From a virus (taxonomy: Duplodnaviria; Caudoviricetes): a DNA stretch of 64,000 nt. The stretch covers positions 1,183-65,182 of the IMG/VR virus record IMGVR_UViG_3300021256_000013. One strand, given 5' to 3'. Positions 54,973 to 64,000 of this stretch are shown piece after piece (positions within the stretch are counted from its first letter, which is position 1; the number at the start of each line of letters is the position of its first letter). The notes below the pieces were generated by a model that did not search any database, had not been told where the DNA came from, and worked only from the letters and a program-made list of their open reading frames with translations. The translations under genes were made by a program, and so were the position numbers.

Positions 54973-55428
54973 TCAAATAGACAGTTCGCTCTGCTTCTTA
55001 ACGGCGCCGTTGCAATGCAGCGAGAAGGCACGCTTCAGAACGTCTCCCGTGGAAACATTCTGGATGTCCTGATCGCCGCTGAAAATGCACTCGTTGTAAA
55101 CGACGCGCTCCTCGGATCCGTTTCTGCCCTGGATGACTCCGGTCATTGCCAGAACAGGGCTTTCTCCGTTCGCGATCGCATCGAGCACTGCATTGAACAG
55201 TTCTCCATCAACAACAACCAACTCGGAAATGTTGATCTTAACACCGATGGTGTTGTTGACTTCAAGCTCCCTGTTCTGTCCGAGCGGGGAGTATGTATAG
55301 TTGTTGAAGGAGCCGGAAGTAGAGAAGGATTCAGCCTGTGCGAACGGCTGTCCTGCATCGTTATAAAGCATGGCATCCTTGCCGGCACGCGAATGACGTG
55401 CATCTGTTGCTGCTCTGGTATTCAGCAT
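54973..55428 (-). CDS. Tail tube protein (XkdM-like)
   Basis: Follows the sheath, QGRNGSEERVVYNECIF. Confidence 0.82.
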   Translation of the reverse strand: MLNTRAATDARHSRAGKDAMLYNDAGQPFAQAESFSTSGSFNNYTYSPLGQNRELEVNNTIGVKINISELVVVDGELFNAVLDAIANGESPVLAMTGVIQGRNGSEERVVYNECIFSGDQDIQNVSTGDVLKRAFSLHCNGAVKKQSELSI

Positions 55429-55447
55429 TTCTTAGTTCCTCCTTTCA

Positions 55448-56854
55448 TTACTCCACGTTTGTGCTGAACTGGAAGTAGTAGATCAGGTAGATGTGCTCAG
55501 CGGAATCCTTGTCGATGACATCGATATCGAATCCGCAGGTGTCGCCATCAGTTACGACCTTGGTCGTCGGAGTGACGGTGCAGGCGTTCAGCTTGCCTTC
55601 TCCGATCATCGCATCTCCAACCCTCTGGATCGCTGCCATAATCGTCATGCGTCCGTTGTTGTCGTTATCGACCTTTCCTGCAAGGGCATCAGCCGCCTGA
55701 TTGCCACGATACAGGAGCTCATATCTGGTCTTCGTTCTGCGGATCTTCTTCCAGCCGTCGTCCTGATCTGCGTCAGGGGTTACAAGCGTAGTGATCGCAT
55801 TGTCGGTCCAGACCTGATCGTTGCTGTTGACCTCAAGAACAAGACCTCCGGCAGCTTCCGCAGCCTCGATCTCGGACGGCGTATAGCGGTCCCTCAGGTC
55901 GGTGTAGTGAGCAATGACTGTATGCATAATGGACTGGTTCGCCGGCTTCGCAGCGATAAGGCCTGCGATATAAGCCGCGACCTGATATCCATACAGATTG
56001 CCATAAGCAGTGGAAACATCCGGGTTGACGACATAGACGATGTTTTCACCGTTGAAAGCCGCCGCCGCAGCATTTCTCTGCGCCTTCGTGAGAGTAGATG
56101 CCGGTGCGAAAACCGTGATTCCGAAGGAACCGTTGCGGTAGATCCTCTTCAGGAATGCCTGTACCAGAGCCTGCACAGCTGCGTCCTCTGTGTCGATCGC
56201 AAGGACATTGAAGAAGTACGGCTCAAGAGCAGTCAGGCCTTCGCTGTACTGAGCATTCGCAACAGTCGGATCCACGCCACCAGCAAGAGCGGTCTGGGAA
56301 ACATTCGTTATTACACCTGCACCTGCAGGACTGCTACTGGCCGCGACTGTGAAATAAGCGGATTTTGCGCAAGCTGCAACTGCCGCAGCAACCTCATCGC
56401 TGCCTGCGGCAAACTCGAAGAGTTCGATCTGTGTCGTGCCACGGTAAAAGATGATTTCCTTAACAGCGTTGTCCGTGAGTTTGTTCCGGACTGTGACGCT
56501 GTAAGATTCATTGCCGACAGATTTTGCCGTGACGACGAGTTTTCCGGTTTCTGCAGCGAGTTCCGCTGATGCTGCCGTACCTCCAGTGCCAAGACGTACC
56601 GCAACGATCTTGGAAGCGCCACCGTAAATTGCTTCACGGATTGCGTCTGTGGTAAGCCCGTCACCGAAGATCTTCGTGTAATCATCCTCTGCGGAGATTA
56701 CGGTCGCTTCCTCAAGCGGACCCATCTTTGCGCGGAAGAGGACTGCTACAACACCATCCACAGCACCGGGTGTTACACCGGATCCTTTTGCCTGGACGTT
56801 GAAGTAAGCACCGGGACGGATTTTGGTTTCGCCGATTGTGAAATACCCTGCCAT
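55448..56854 (-). CDS. Tail sheath protein (XkdK-like)
   Basis: GETKIRPGAYF...DNAITTL...WKKIRRTKTR. Confidence 0.92.
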   Translation of the reverse strand: MAGYFTIGETKIRPGAYFNVQAKGSGVTPGAVDGVVAVLFRAKMGPLEEATVISAEDDYTKIFGDGLTTDAIREAIYGGASKIVAVRLGTGGTAASAELAAETGKLVVTAKSVGNESYSVTVRNKLTDNAVKEIIFYRGTTQIELFEFAAGSDEVAAAVAACAKSAYFTVAASSSPAGAGVITNVSQTALAGGVDPTVANAQYSEGLTALEPYFFNVLAIDTEDAAVQALVQAFLKRIYRNGSFGITVFAPASTLTKAQRNAAAAAFNGENIVYVVNPDVSTAYGNLYGYQVAAYIAGLIAAKPANQSIMHTVIAHYTDLRDRYTPSEIEAAEAAGGLVLEVNSNDQVWTDNAITTLVTPDADQDDGWKKIRRTKTRYELLYRGNQAADALAGKVDNDNNGRMTIMAAIQRVGDAMIGEGKLNACTVTPTTKVVTDGDTCGFDIDVIDKDSAEHIYLIYYFQFSTNVE

Positions 56855-57129
56855 TACTTGACCTCCTTGTTCATGAATTCATTTACTGCCGCCCGGACTT
56901 CCGTGACGGTGTATTCCTTTTTCTTCGTGTCCTTGAGCGCCGCCACGACAACCTCGGACGGTACCCCGAACACTTTCCTGCTGGCCTGCATCAGTTCACT
57001 CAGCGGATAGGCATCTTCCGCAGGAGCTGTCTGGGCGGGAGCAGTGACCGTCTTCTCAACGGCCTCTGGTTTCGCTTTTGCCATTTCTGCACTCCTTTCA
57101 CGAATGGTAATTTGCATCGATGTCTGCAT
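56854..57129 (-). CDS. Small hypothetical tail protein
   Basis: FGVPSEVVVAAL...YTVTEVRAAVNEFMNKEV. Confidence 0.65.
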   Translation of the reverse strand: MQTSMQITIRERSAEMAKAKPEAVEKTVTAPAQTAPAEDAYPLSELMQASRKVFGVPSEVVVAALKDTKKKEYTVTEVRAAVNEFMNKEVK

Positions 57130-57985
57130 GGTTCAACCGATGCACCTTGAAGGATTTCTTGATGCATCCGAATTGGCAGTTCAGTGTGATCTGTCCGGAT
57201 CTGAGGTAATCAGCCTGGTTGCTCATGACTGTCCTTTGGATATCCATCGGTGAGCCATCGTCCATGATTACCTCTCCTTCACAGGCAAGCTCCTGATTAA
57301 GACCCGCCACCATCTTCAGCCTCATCGATGCGTCCGGGCATATCAGATGGATCGATATGGAGCAAACGAACCATGTGAATGAGCCGCCCAGCATACCGTG
57401 CTGGTCAGCCGCCAGCTGAATACTCGTCAGCCTGCAATACCAGACCGGCTTTTCAGCTGTGTTTGTGAAGTCGCCAACTTTATCAACGCCGAGCACTATA
57501 CTGCTATCGCCGAAGAGCGACTTAATGTAACTGGACATGGACAGGATCGGATCCGGATCCGTGGTTTCCTGATCCGGGTATTCCAGAACATCGAAATCCA
57601 CTTCCTTCACCATAACCGCAGACCCTTCATACTGATAGGCGTCTGTTCTGGACCATGCCACGCACAAAGGAGCCTTGTCTGACGGCTTCATCAGCACATC
57701 TCCAAGGCTCCTTCTTACCTGTGCTTCAATCTGCTCTGCAATGAGCGGATTCTTTTCCGTATAGATCAGGCATCTGAGAAGACCAGATGAAGCCCTCTGC
57801 GGGTCTGCCATCATGTCAACCTGATAGTCGATCCTCGGATATTCGACCTTGCCACTCCATCCCGGCTGTTGGTCTGCAGGAAATTCCTGGCAGAAAATCG
57901 CCGGCTGGTTATCAAATCTCGCCAAACTGGCGACAAGAGTCGCATTTGCTGCGAGTCTGGAGTATATTAACTGGTTAAAATCCAA
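57098..57985 (-). CDS. Putative tail completion/terminator protein
   Basis: Position between neck genes and sheath. Confidence 0.6.
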   Translation of the reverse strand: MDFNQLIYSRLAANATLVASLARFDNQPAIFCQEFPADQQPGWSGKVEYPRIDYQVDMMADPQRASSGLLRCLIYTEKNPLIAEQIEAQVRRSLGDVLMKPSDKAPLCVAWSRTDAYQYEGSAVMVKEVDFDVLEYPDQETTDPDPILSMSSYIKSLFGDSSIVLGVDKVGDFTNTAEKPVWYCRLTSIQLAADQHGMLGGSFTWFVCSISIHLICPDASMRLKMVAGLNQELACEGEVIMDDGSPMDIQRTVMSNQADYLRSGQITLNCQFGCIKKSFKVHRLNHADIDANYHS

Positions 57986-58291
57986 TTATTCACCGCCTCC
58001 TTCCTGCTCAGGCTCGATATTGAATTCGATCACAGTCACGAGCCCGTCGGAAGAGTAGCGGACCTGCCATTCCGGTTCCTCGCCCGTAAGCTCGGAAGCC
58101 GGGATCTCGAAGTGGTTCTGGACGTTTTGGACAGAGGGAAGATACCTGACGGTGATCTTCTCCTCAGTTACGCCGGATACGATACCGCAGATACCAGCAC
58201 CCCATGAGGAATGCTTCGCCCAGATCAGCGTCCCCCGCGTAATCTCTTCGGTATTGATCGTCGTCTTTGATTCAGTAATGATAATCGCCAT
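57986..58291 (-). CDS. Hypothetical protein
   Basis: Coupled ORF in the neck cluster. Confidence 0.6.
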   Translation of the reverse strand: MAIIITESKTTINTEEITRGTLIWAKHSSWGAGICGIVSGVTEEKITVRYLPSVQNVQNHFEIPASELTGEEPEWQVRYSSDGLVTVIEFNIEPEQEGGGE

Positions 58292-58292
58292 A

Positions 58293-58658
58293 TCATCCCC
58301 CTATTTCCTGGAAGATGGAGCGGATCTGTGGCATCGCCTGTTCCTGGATCTTCTGCACGAACGGTCTTGCGGCCATTTTGCTTGTGCCGCCTTCCAGATA
58401 TCCCGCATATCCCATGCCGGCCTCAATGCCGAAGGTGTCCCCTCCATAGAACATCGTCCAGTTCCTTCTCAGGTCACCAGACCGCACGCCGGGAGGACTG
58501 CCGGGAGCTGACGGGCTTGGATTGGCAAGCACCTTCAATTCCTCGTTCCTAAGCGCGTTTGCTGCTCTTGGAAGCCTTTCGGTCACCTTCGTTCGCGCCT
58601 CAGTAACCTGATCCTTAACAACCTGCACAATAGCTACTGCAGCCGCTTCAGGACTCAT
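58293..58658 (-). CDS. HK97 gp10-like neck/tail-completion protein
   Basis: PGVRSGDLRRNW...YAGYLEGGTSKMAARPF. Confidence 0.82.
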   Translation of the reverse strand: MSPEAAAVAIVQVVKDQVTEARTKVTERLPRAANALRNEELKVLANPSPSAPGSPPGVRSGDLRRNWTMFYGGDTFGIEAGMGYAGYLEGGTSKMAARPFVQKIQEQAMPQIRSIFQEIGG

Positions 58659-59029
58659 CCTTTCAGGTCATTCCTTTCTTCCAAATAGGCAAGCCCCGCT
58701 AATCCGAGGTTTGCCGGGTCATCAGTTGCCAGAACCAGATAGGCTTTCGCGTTATCCTCTGTCGAACAAAGCAGATCCCCTTTCCGAAGATCGCACCGTC
58801 CCTTTGTCACAAGTGTGTGGGAGAGCGAGTGCTGATCCTGATCCCACAGATGCTTCGTGCGCTCTGCCTGATTGGTATCTGCCTGTGAGATCACGCCTGT
58901 TACCTGTTCGCCGGTCTTCTGATAACCGCTGACAGGATAGCCCATCTGGTTTGTTGTTTCGTTCCTGGAGACATCAAATGTCTTCCAGAGGTTCCCGGGT
59001 CTGAGGAACAATCTCGTTTGATGGATCAT
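58655..59029 (-). CDS. Head closure (stopper) protein
   Basis: Size and position, WDQDQHSLSHTLV. Confidence 0.65.
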   Translation of the reverse strand: MIHQTRLFLRPGNLWKTFDVSRNETTNQMGYPVSGYQKTGEQVTGVISQADTNQAERTKHLWDQDQHSLSHTLVTKGRCDLRKGDLLCSTEDNAKAYLVLATDDPANLGLAGLAYLEERNDLKG

Positions 59030-59469
59030 ATGTCAGTGCCCTCCGCTTCTTCGTGGCTCATCATCCCGTTGTAGAAGTACGGAGGTGTGATCTCCGACGT
59101 GGCAGGATTCTGTGCCAGGATTGCGATGGCAGAAGCGGAGGCGGCAGTGGTGCCAAGCTCAGACTTGAGTTCGTCATACATTTGTTTCCAGAGCTTTGCC
59201 CTTTCACCAAACTTGATGTCCAGCGGCCCGATCTTCTGATCAGGCTCGTAGGCGAACTTCCGCATGATCGCCTCAATGCATCTGAGCTTATGCTTTTTCC
59301 ACTGTTTCGGAGATGGACTGGAGGACAGATCGGAGAGCACCGCAATGTACTCTTCATCGCACAATGCGCAGGTTTCTACCCCTCCCTCGACCATCGTGTC
59401 CCCCAGCTCAAACCGCATCCTGTCAGGACCGTAACCAGCAACATTGGAGGGCGTGTAAGTGTACGCCAT
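59026..59469 (-). CDS. Head-tail adaptor
   Basis: DRMRFELGDT...LCDEEY. Confidence 0.7.
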   Translation of the reverse strand: MAYTYTPSNVAGYGPDRMRFELGDTMVEGGVETCALCDEEYIAVLSDLSSSPSPKQWKKHKLRCIEAIMRKFAYEPDQKIGPLDIKFGERAKLWKQMYDELKSELGTTAASASAIAILAQNPATSEITPPYFYNGMMSHEEAEGTDI

Positions 59470-59825
59470 CAGGCCTCACCTCCGTCCTCCGTCTTTGCCT
59501 TCTTGCGGCTCTTCTTGCGCGGCTGCGGGGCAGGAGCTTCCTCCTGTCCAGCCTCCGTCTCATTTACCGGCGTCTTTTCTTCGACAGTATTTGTCTCTTC
59601 TTCAGCAACCTCTGTCACTTCTGTCTGCGCCTCGTCTCCCGTGGTATGCATCTCTTCTTCAGCAACCTCCGGATCATTCATTGCCGTTTCTATTGCCACT
59701 TCTACTTTCTGTACTCTCCCGGTGCGGATCAGCACACTCTGTGTGATCTCTTCATCCTGGAGGATTTCGCCGATCAGCCTACGCTTGCCGTTGAGGTTGA
59801 TCGGCCTCTTTACAATGTAGGCCAT
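59469..59825 (-). CDS. Hypothetical acidic head-associated protein
   Basis: Follows the capsid gene, E-rich tail. Confidence 0.6.
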   Translation of the reverse strand: MAYIVKRPINLNGKRRLIGEILQDEEITQSVLIRTGRVQKVEVAIETAMNDPEVAEEEMHTTGDEAQTEVTEVAEEETNTVEEKTPVNETEAGQEEAPAPQPRKKSRKKAKTEDGGEA

Positions 59826-59836
59826 GTGAGTCCTCC

Positions 59837-60880
59837 TTAATTCGCCGCTACGGCCTGATACAGATAGAAGGCCAGATCGTCGCAGGTCTTCTTCATTGCG
59901 GATGCCATCAGACCTTCCACGAATTCGGCGTGCGTGCCGCCCTCACCCTCGAATGCATCTGTGGTCATGAAGCTGCCGTTTCCGAGCATATCCCATGTGA
60001 TGATGTAGCCGGCGGACGGCTCCTCAAGAGACGGGGTCTTCGGGCAGTAGGTCAGCAGCGCGTCACGGCTGTTGAAGTTGAACTGCATATTCGCAGCCTG
60101 TCCGAGTTTGGCAACATTGCGGGTCCCGTACAGAACCTTAACTTCCTCGATACCGAGGACGGTCGCGATAACCTGCTCATTAACGAGTGCCGGGTTCGGG
60201 GTGGATCCGGAGCCGGTGACTCTCTCAAGGAACTGCGGATGGTTCTTGATCGCCACATAGGCGTCATAGCCAAGCGTCAGCCTGTTCGGAAGCCTTCTTC
60301 CGTTCAGGAGCATGTCCCTCTTCAGCTGATCGAAATAGCCGATGATGTCCGCATTCGCGTCATTGAACTGAAGGAACTCGTTGGTGCCCGGACTGGAAGC
60401 CTTTCCGGTCTTCACATTCGCCCATGCGGATGCATTGAAGAAGCCGTCAGAGAACACATGATCCAGATGGATCTTCATCTGCTCTGCCAGCAGACGGGTC
60501 TTCGCGCGGCGCGGATCAATGGTTGCCGGAGCGCCAGATCTCTGATAATTCAGGGCAGCAATCTGGTCAACGCCGATGATCACCTGATCGACAGCCACGG
60601 AATATGTCTCTTCCGAATGACTGAAGACTGCCGGAGCAACCTTACCGAAGGCCGGTTTTCTCTGAACCTGGTCAAGTGCCAGTTCCTCTTTGTGGAATAC
60701 ATAGTAGTTACCGGTGCTGGTCGGAACCGGAAGAATCGGGAAGATATCCGGTGCGACATAGAACGACGGCTCCTGGAAGTGCGCGATAGCCATGTTCGTC
60801 AGATACAGGTTCGGCTTCCAACCTTTTGCGATACTGTTCTCAATGCCAGCCGCAGATGCATGCATATCTCTCTGTGCCAT
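59837..60880 (-). CDS. Major capsid protein
   Basis: 347 aa after the cement gene, PNLYLTNMAIAHFQ...SLEEPSAGY. Confidence 0.85.
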   Translation of the reverse strand: MAQRDMHASAAGIENSIAKGWKPNLYLTNMAIAHFQEPSFYVAPDIFPILPVPTSTGNYYVFHKEELALDQVQRKPAFGKVAPAVFSHSEETYSVAVDQVIIGVDQIAALNYQRSGAPATIDPRRAKTRLLAEQMKIHLDHVFSDGFFNASAWANVKTGKASSPGTNEFLQFNDANADIIGYFDQLKRDMLLNGRRLPNRLTLGYDAYVAIKNHPQFLERVTGSGSTPNPALVNEQVIATVLGIEEVKVLYGTRNVAKLGQAANMQFNFNSRDALLTYCPKTPSLEEPSAGYIITWDMLGNGSFMTTDAFEGEGGTHAEFVEGLMASAMKKTCDDLAFYLYQAVAAN

Positions 60881-60908
60881 TGTTTATCTCCTTTCTGATA
60901 CTGGTCTG

Positions 60909-61310
60909 TTACGATGCCGGTACAACCGCGCCGCTGTTAAGCAGCTGGACCTTGATCAGGTCTCCTGCGGCGGTCGCGGCTTCCAGTGCGCGGGCAATGA
61001 TGTGATTGCCGGATCCTGCCGTTACAGCTTTGCCAGCAGCTGTGGTTGCAAGAAGTGCACCTGCATTGATCGCTGCGGATGCCTCCCAGAGCCCGATATC
61101 CTTGATCTGGATATCCACGTCACCGCCTGCGGCGACAGCGTCCGGGTTGCTGATCAGCGCGATACCAACACAGTCTGCTCCGGCAGCCGGAAGAGCGACT
61201 CCGGAAGAGCTGAGAGCGAGGGCAATGGCCTTCGGTGCAGTGAGCGCAGCTGCAGCCTTGAGGCTGATGGTCGGGCTCTCATTGATCTGGGCATATTCGA
61301 ATGTAGCCAT
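60909..61310 (-). CDS. Capsid cement/decoration protein (DUF2190-like)
   Basis: Small Ala/Gly-rich beta protein, ARALEAATAAGDLIKV. Confidence 0.8.
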   Translation of the reverse strand: MATFEYAQINESPTISLKAAAALTAPKAIALALSSSGVALPAAGADCVGIALISNPDAVAAGGDVDIQIKDIGLWEASAAINAGALLATTAAGKAVTAGSGNHIIARALEAATAAGDLIKVQLLNSGAVVPAS

Positions 61311-61327
61311 GGTCTGATTCTCCTTTC

Positions 61328-62488
61328 TTACTGGTCGATCTGAGCGCGGAGCTCGTCATCGTTGAGTGCGACCTCGTCCATGGCCTGTGCGAGAGAGAGG
61401 CCAGGCTTGGTCTTCATGAGTTCTTTCGCCTTTGTAATCCACATCTTCTGCGGATCGCCGGTAGCATCGCCGGTCGTGCTCTTGCCGATCTCGGTGAAGA
61501 TGCCGGAGCTCTTCTGAATGTCGAGCTGCTGGTCGAGCAGTGCGACATAGTTGTTGTAAAGATCTTCGCCGCCGGCTTTCATCTGCTTCAGGACCGGAAC
61601 AAGATCCTCAACCTTCTTGCCGAGCGGGACATACTTCTTCGCAACCTCGGTCATTTCTTTGTTCAGCGCCTCATCCTTCATCGCGTCAAGGGACTTCCTG
61701 GTCTCCTCGATCTGGGCTTTAAGGGCCTTCACGATATCGGACTCAACCGGCTCTTCCTGAGCAGTCGGCGCGTCTTCCTTGGACTTGTCCACGACTTCTT
61801 CCGGAACAGGATCCGCTTCCGGATTCCCGTCCGGCTCATCGACCGCATACTTCTTGATGATCTCGTCGTATGCAGCCACTTCTTCGGGCGTCATTTTGCT
61901 TTTGTCAATCTTAAGCATTTCCTCAAGTTCTCCTTTCTTGACATCATCTTCGTTGATATCGTCGTCATCTTCATCATCTTCGGGTTTCAGCTTTCCAATC
62001 AGAGCTCCAAGAGCCTGATACTCAGCTTCCATCTTTGCCAGCGTGTCATTATCAGTGCTTTTGGCGATCGCTGTCTGACCAGCACACCATTTTGGGATAT
62101 ATTCCTGCATGGCTGTCGCGAACTGGTTGACTGATTCCGTCATCGCCGCAGGCTTGTTCGCAGCATCCATTTCCGTATCCACGACAATGGAATACAGGGA
62201 AGCCCGGAGAGCGCTGGTAGCATTCCATATCTCGGAATCAATCTCCTCCGAGTTCCTGACCGCAAGCTGTTCGTTAAACGATACAGCCGCTTTCTGGATC
62301 TCGGCCTCGATCTGCGCTTCGTCCATCCCTTCACCTTTCAGCCAGCTGACAAACCTTTTGAACATGGAGTCCTGTGGTTTGTCCTCTGGATCCCTCCTTT
62401 TGAAAAGGTTGATGTCTGCCCTCTGGTTCGCCCCTTCGTCGACAAAATCGACACTGGTAACCTTCAGATTTTTCAATTTCTTGGCCAA
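61328..62488 (-). CDS. Scaffold-like protein
   Basis: LKNLKVTSVDFVDEGANQRADINLFK N-terminus, acidic coiled coil. Probable TTG start. Confidence 0.7.
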   Translation of the reverse strand: MAKKLKNLKVTSVDFVDEGANQRADINLFKRRDPEDKPQDSMFKRFVSWLKGEGMDEAQIEAEIQKAAVSFNEQLAVRNSEEIDSEIWNATSALRASLYSIVVDTEMDAANKPAAMTESVNQFATAMQEYIPKWCAGQTAIAKSTDNDTLAKMEAEYQALGALIGKLKPEDDEDDDDINEDDVKKGELEEMLKIDKSKMTPEEVAAYDEIIKKYAVDEPDGNPEADPVPEEVVDKSKEDAPTAQEEPVESDIVKALKAQIEETRKSLDAMKDEALNKEMTEVAKKYVPLGKKVEDLVPVLKQMKAGGEDLYNNYVALLDQQLDIQKSSGIFTEIGKSTTGDATGDPQKMWITKAKELMKTKPGLSLAQAMDEVALNDDELRAQIDQ

Positions 62489-62563
62489 TCCTTTCTTGTA
62501 ACCTCCTTTCTTTGGTATCAAAAAAGCACCCTTTCGGGTGCTCCTGACCATCTTCATTCCCGA

Positions 62564-63058
62564 TCATTCATCGGGATCCTCGGGGATATCGATCCTTTCG
62601 GCGGTTCCTTCTATGCTGAACATCGAGTAGGTGCCATCTTTTACCTTCTCCCAGACTTCCGGATCCAGAACCTGGAATCCGATCCACCACCCGATGGGGA
62701 GTGTTCCTTCCGGAACTCCCATAGCCTTCAGCTTTTCTTCTGTGAAGACCACGCTTTCGATCAGCGTTCCTGCTGTCTTTGGTTCGCCAGCATAGTGCAT
62801 CTCGCCGCTCTGTCGGTAGAACCTTACAAACTGGTATGCCGCCTGCTCAAGTTCTTCCGGATCGATCATATCGCCTTGCCAATCCTCAAGCTGATTGCCG
62901 GCCTCGTCTATGGACACATTCGCCCATCCAAAAGCCTGCATCTTTTCTTCGTTGGCCTTGGTTACCTTGAATCTGGATTTGACCACGGCTTCTTCCTGCG
63001 GTCGCTCCCTGGCCCTCCCTGTCAGTTCATCAAATGATTTCATCATATTTTCCTCCAC
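62564..63058 (-). CDS. XkdF-like putative prohead serine protease
   Basis: AFGWANV...DWQGDMI...GEMH...LIES...WWIGF...YSMFSIEG. Confidence 0.85.
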   Translation of the reverse strand: MEENMMKSFDELTGRARERPQEEAVVKSRFKVTKANEEKMQAFGWANVSIDEAGNQLEDWQGDMIDPEELEQAAYQFVRFYRQSGEMHYAGEPKTAGTLIESVVFTEEKLKAMGVPEGTLPIGWWIGFQVLDPEVWEKVKDGTYSMFSIEGTAERIDIPEDPDE

Positions 63059-63073
63059 TCAGGATTTTGATAT

Positions 63074-63172
63074 TTGACATCAATGCATTTCAATGTATAC
63101 TGTAGTTAAGTACTAATGTACTGAGGGAATTGAACGTGATCCACTGTTTGGTTGCGGCGCAATTCCCTTTTT
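63074..63172 (+). ncRNA. Putative convergent small RNA (promoter, two hairpins, U-tract)
   Basis: TTGACA(63074)-N16-TATACT(63096), AGTAC/GTACT hairpin, 9-bp AGGGAATTG/CAATTCCCT stem then TTTTT. Confidence 0.55.
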
Positions 63173-64000
63173 ATTTCCTTCGAAGCACTTTCAGTATTTC
63201 ATTTCCACGGATTATCATCAATTCTTTTACGAACCGAGTATTCCCAGCCCTGAACACTACATCGGACTGTCTATATACTTCAGATAGATCCAATGGGCTG
63301 TTAGTTACGTCAATAATAAAGTGGTCAGCTTGCTTATGCTTTTTATGAATAATGTTTCTTATAGCATCCTTGCTTGATCCACGAATCTCTTTTAAATCCC
63401 ATTTCTCGCGGTTTGGCCCGAGCAGGAAATCTGGCGTATGAACATTGCTATAAGGTCCTGCGATCTTTGGAGCCATAACTACCTGCTTCCCAGATCTTCT
63501 GGATAGCATCTCGCCAACCTCTTTCTCTCTGGGAGTATAATCAACTTTTATATCCTTGCCATCAACTTGATATTTAACTCCCTGATAGACAAAAGAGGTT
63601 GCATCAGTTACATCGCTGTCACTATCCTGTGTCCAATCCTCTGTAACATCTGCGTATTCAGCTTCTTCATTCCCGGATGTTGTATCTGCCGAAGGTGATA
63701 CTGCCGCATCCTCGCTGACCTCTTCTCTGTATTCAACAGCACACATACAACGCGGATGCATTGGTGGGAGTTCACATGTGTAATCCCTGTCATGCCATGT
63801 TGTAGAAAACTGCCCGGTTCCTTCGTCGATTGCCATTCCTTCCAGATCCTCGCAGACCGGACACACATTCCCGGAGTGTGCAGTTGACCAGTACGGAACC
63901 ATGTGGGGCATCAGGCCAGCTGCTTCGGCCTGTCGGATCGCTTCATCATTCCCGTAGTTGTATGCGTAGGCGTTCTCCGTCCGGGCTATGGTCACAGCCC
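63171..64000 (-). CDS. MuF head morphogenesis protein with C-terminal CdiA_C-like nuclease domain, 5' part outside the window
   Basis: IARTE...CPVC...PPMHPRCMC (MuF), then HTPDFLL...KWDLKEIRGSSKDAIRNIIHKKHKQADHFIID. Confidence 0.82.
   Translation of the reverse strand, partial: AVTIARTENAYAYNYGNDEAIRQAEAAGLMPHMVPYWSTAHSGNVCPVCEDLEGMAIDEGTGQFSTTWHDRDYTCELPPMHPRCMCAVEYREEVSEDAAVSPSADTTSGNEEAEYADVTEDWTQDSDSDVTDATSFVYQGVKYQVDGKDIKVDYTPREKEVGEMLSRRSGKQVVMAPKIAGPYSNVHTPDFLLGPNREKWDLKEIRGSSKDAIRNIIHKKHKQADHFIIDVTNSPLDLSEVYRQSDVVFRAGNTRFVKELMIIRGNEILKVLRRK

Larger units (their letters stand above)
1..64000. mobile_element. Near-complete temperate myovirus genome in circular/excised configuration
   Basis: Full set of packaging, head, contractile tail, lysis, lysogeny and replication modules with no host genes. 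Portal is truncated at the left edge and MuF at the right edge, consistent with a circle opened between them. Confidence 0.93.

Noticed and set aside
1-64000. CRISPR array, tRNA or rRNA genes
   Set aside because: No regularly spaced repeats with unique spacers and no cloverleaf with a T-loop were recognised by eye. A tRNAscan/Infernal run would be needed to exclude them fully.

Overview
The window is an almost complete, circularly permuted genome of a temperate contractile-tailed phage (PBSX/Xkd-type tail module), probably of a Clostridia/Lachnospiraceae-like host. No host chromosomal DNA is visible. The left end cuts through the portal gene and the right end through the MuF head gene, which normally follows the portal. 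The integrase abuts an apparently intact attP at about 33.4-33.65 kb. The modules are: packaging (terS, terL, portal); a five-gene cassette of a Na+/solute symporter, two PAPS-reductase-like (PP-loop) proteins and two ParB-N proteins at the head of the late operon; a long early region (late activator, MazG-like, SleB-like, Lar, beta-clamp, RecU, radical-SAM-like DUF5131, PcfJ/PcfK, N6 methylase, Rep, single-chain SbcD-SbcC, putative annealase); the cro/cI switch and integrase; an accessory amidoligase/GGCT module flanked by two HTH genes; two endolysins and a holin; a complete diversity-generating retroelement (target, VR, hairpin, avd, TR, RT); and tail and head genes. The best leads for undescribed biology are four. 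(1) The symporter/PP-loop/ParB cassette, possibly a DNA-modification system fed by an imported substrate. (2) A MuF-CdiA-like nuclease with no immunity ORF, followed by a convergent promoter driving a ~65-nt structured RNA that ends at its stop codon. (3) A 26-bp palindromic operator shared by the DGR avd/RT leader and a distant HTH gene. (4) A four-way-junction RNA in the cro leader. Family assignments come from motif recognition only; no database searches were run.
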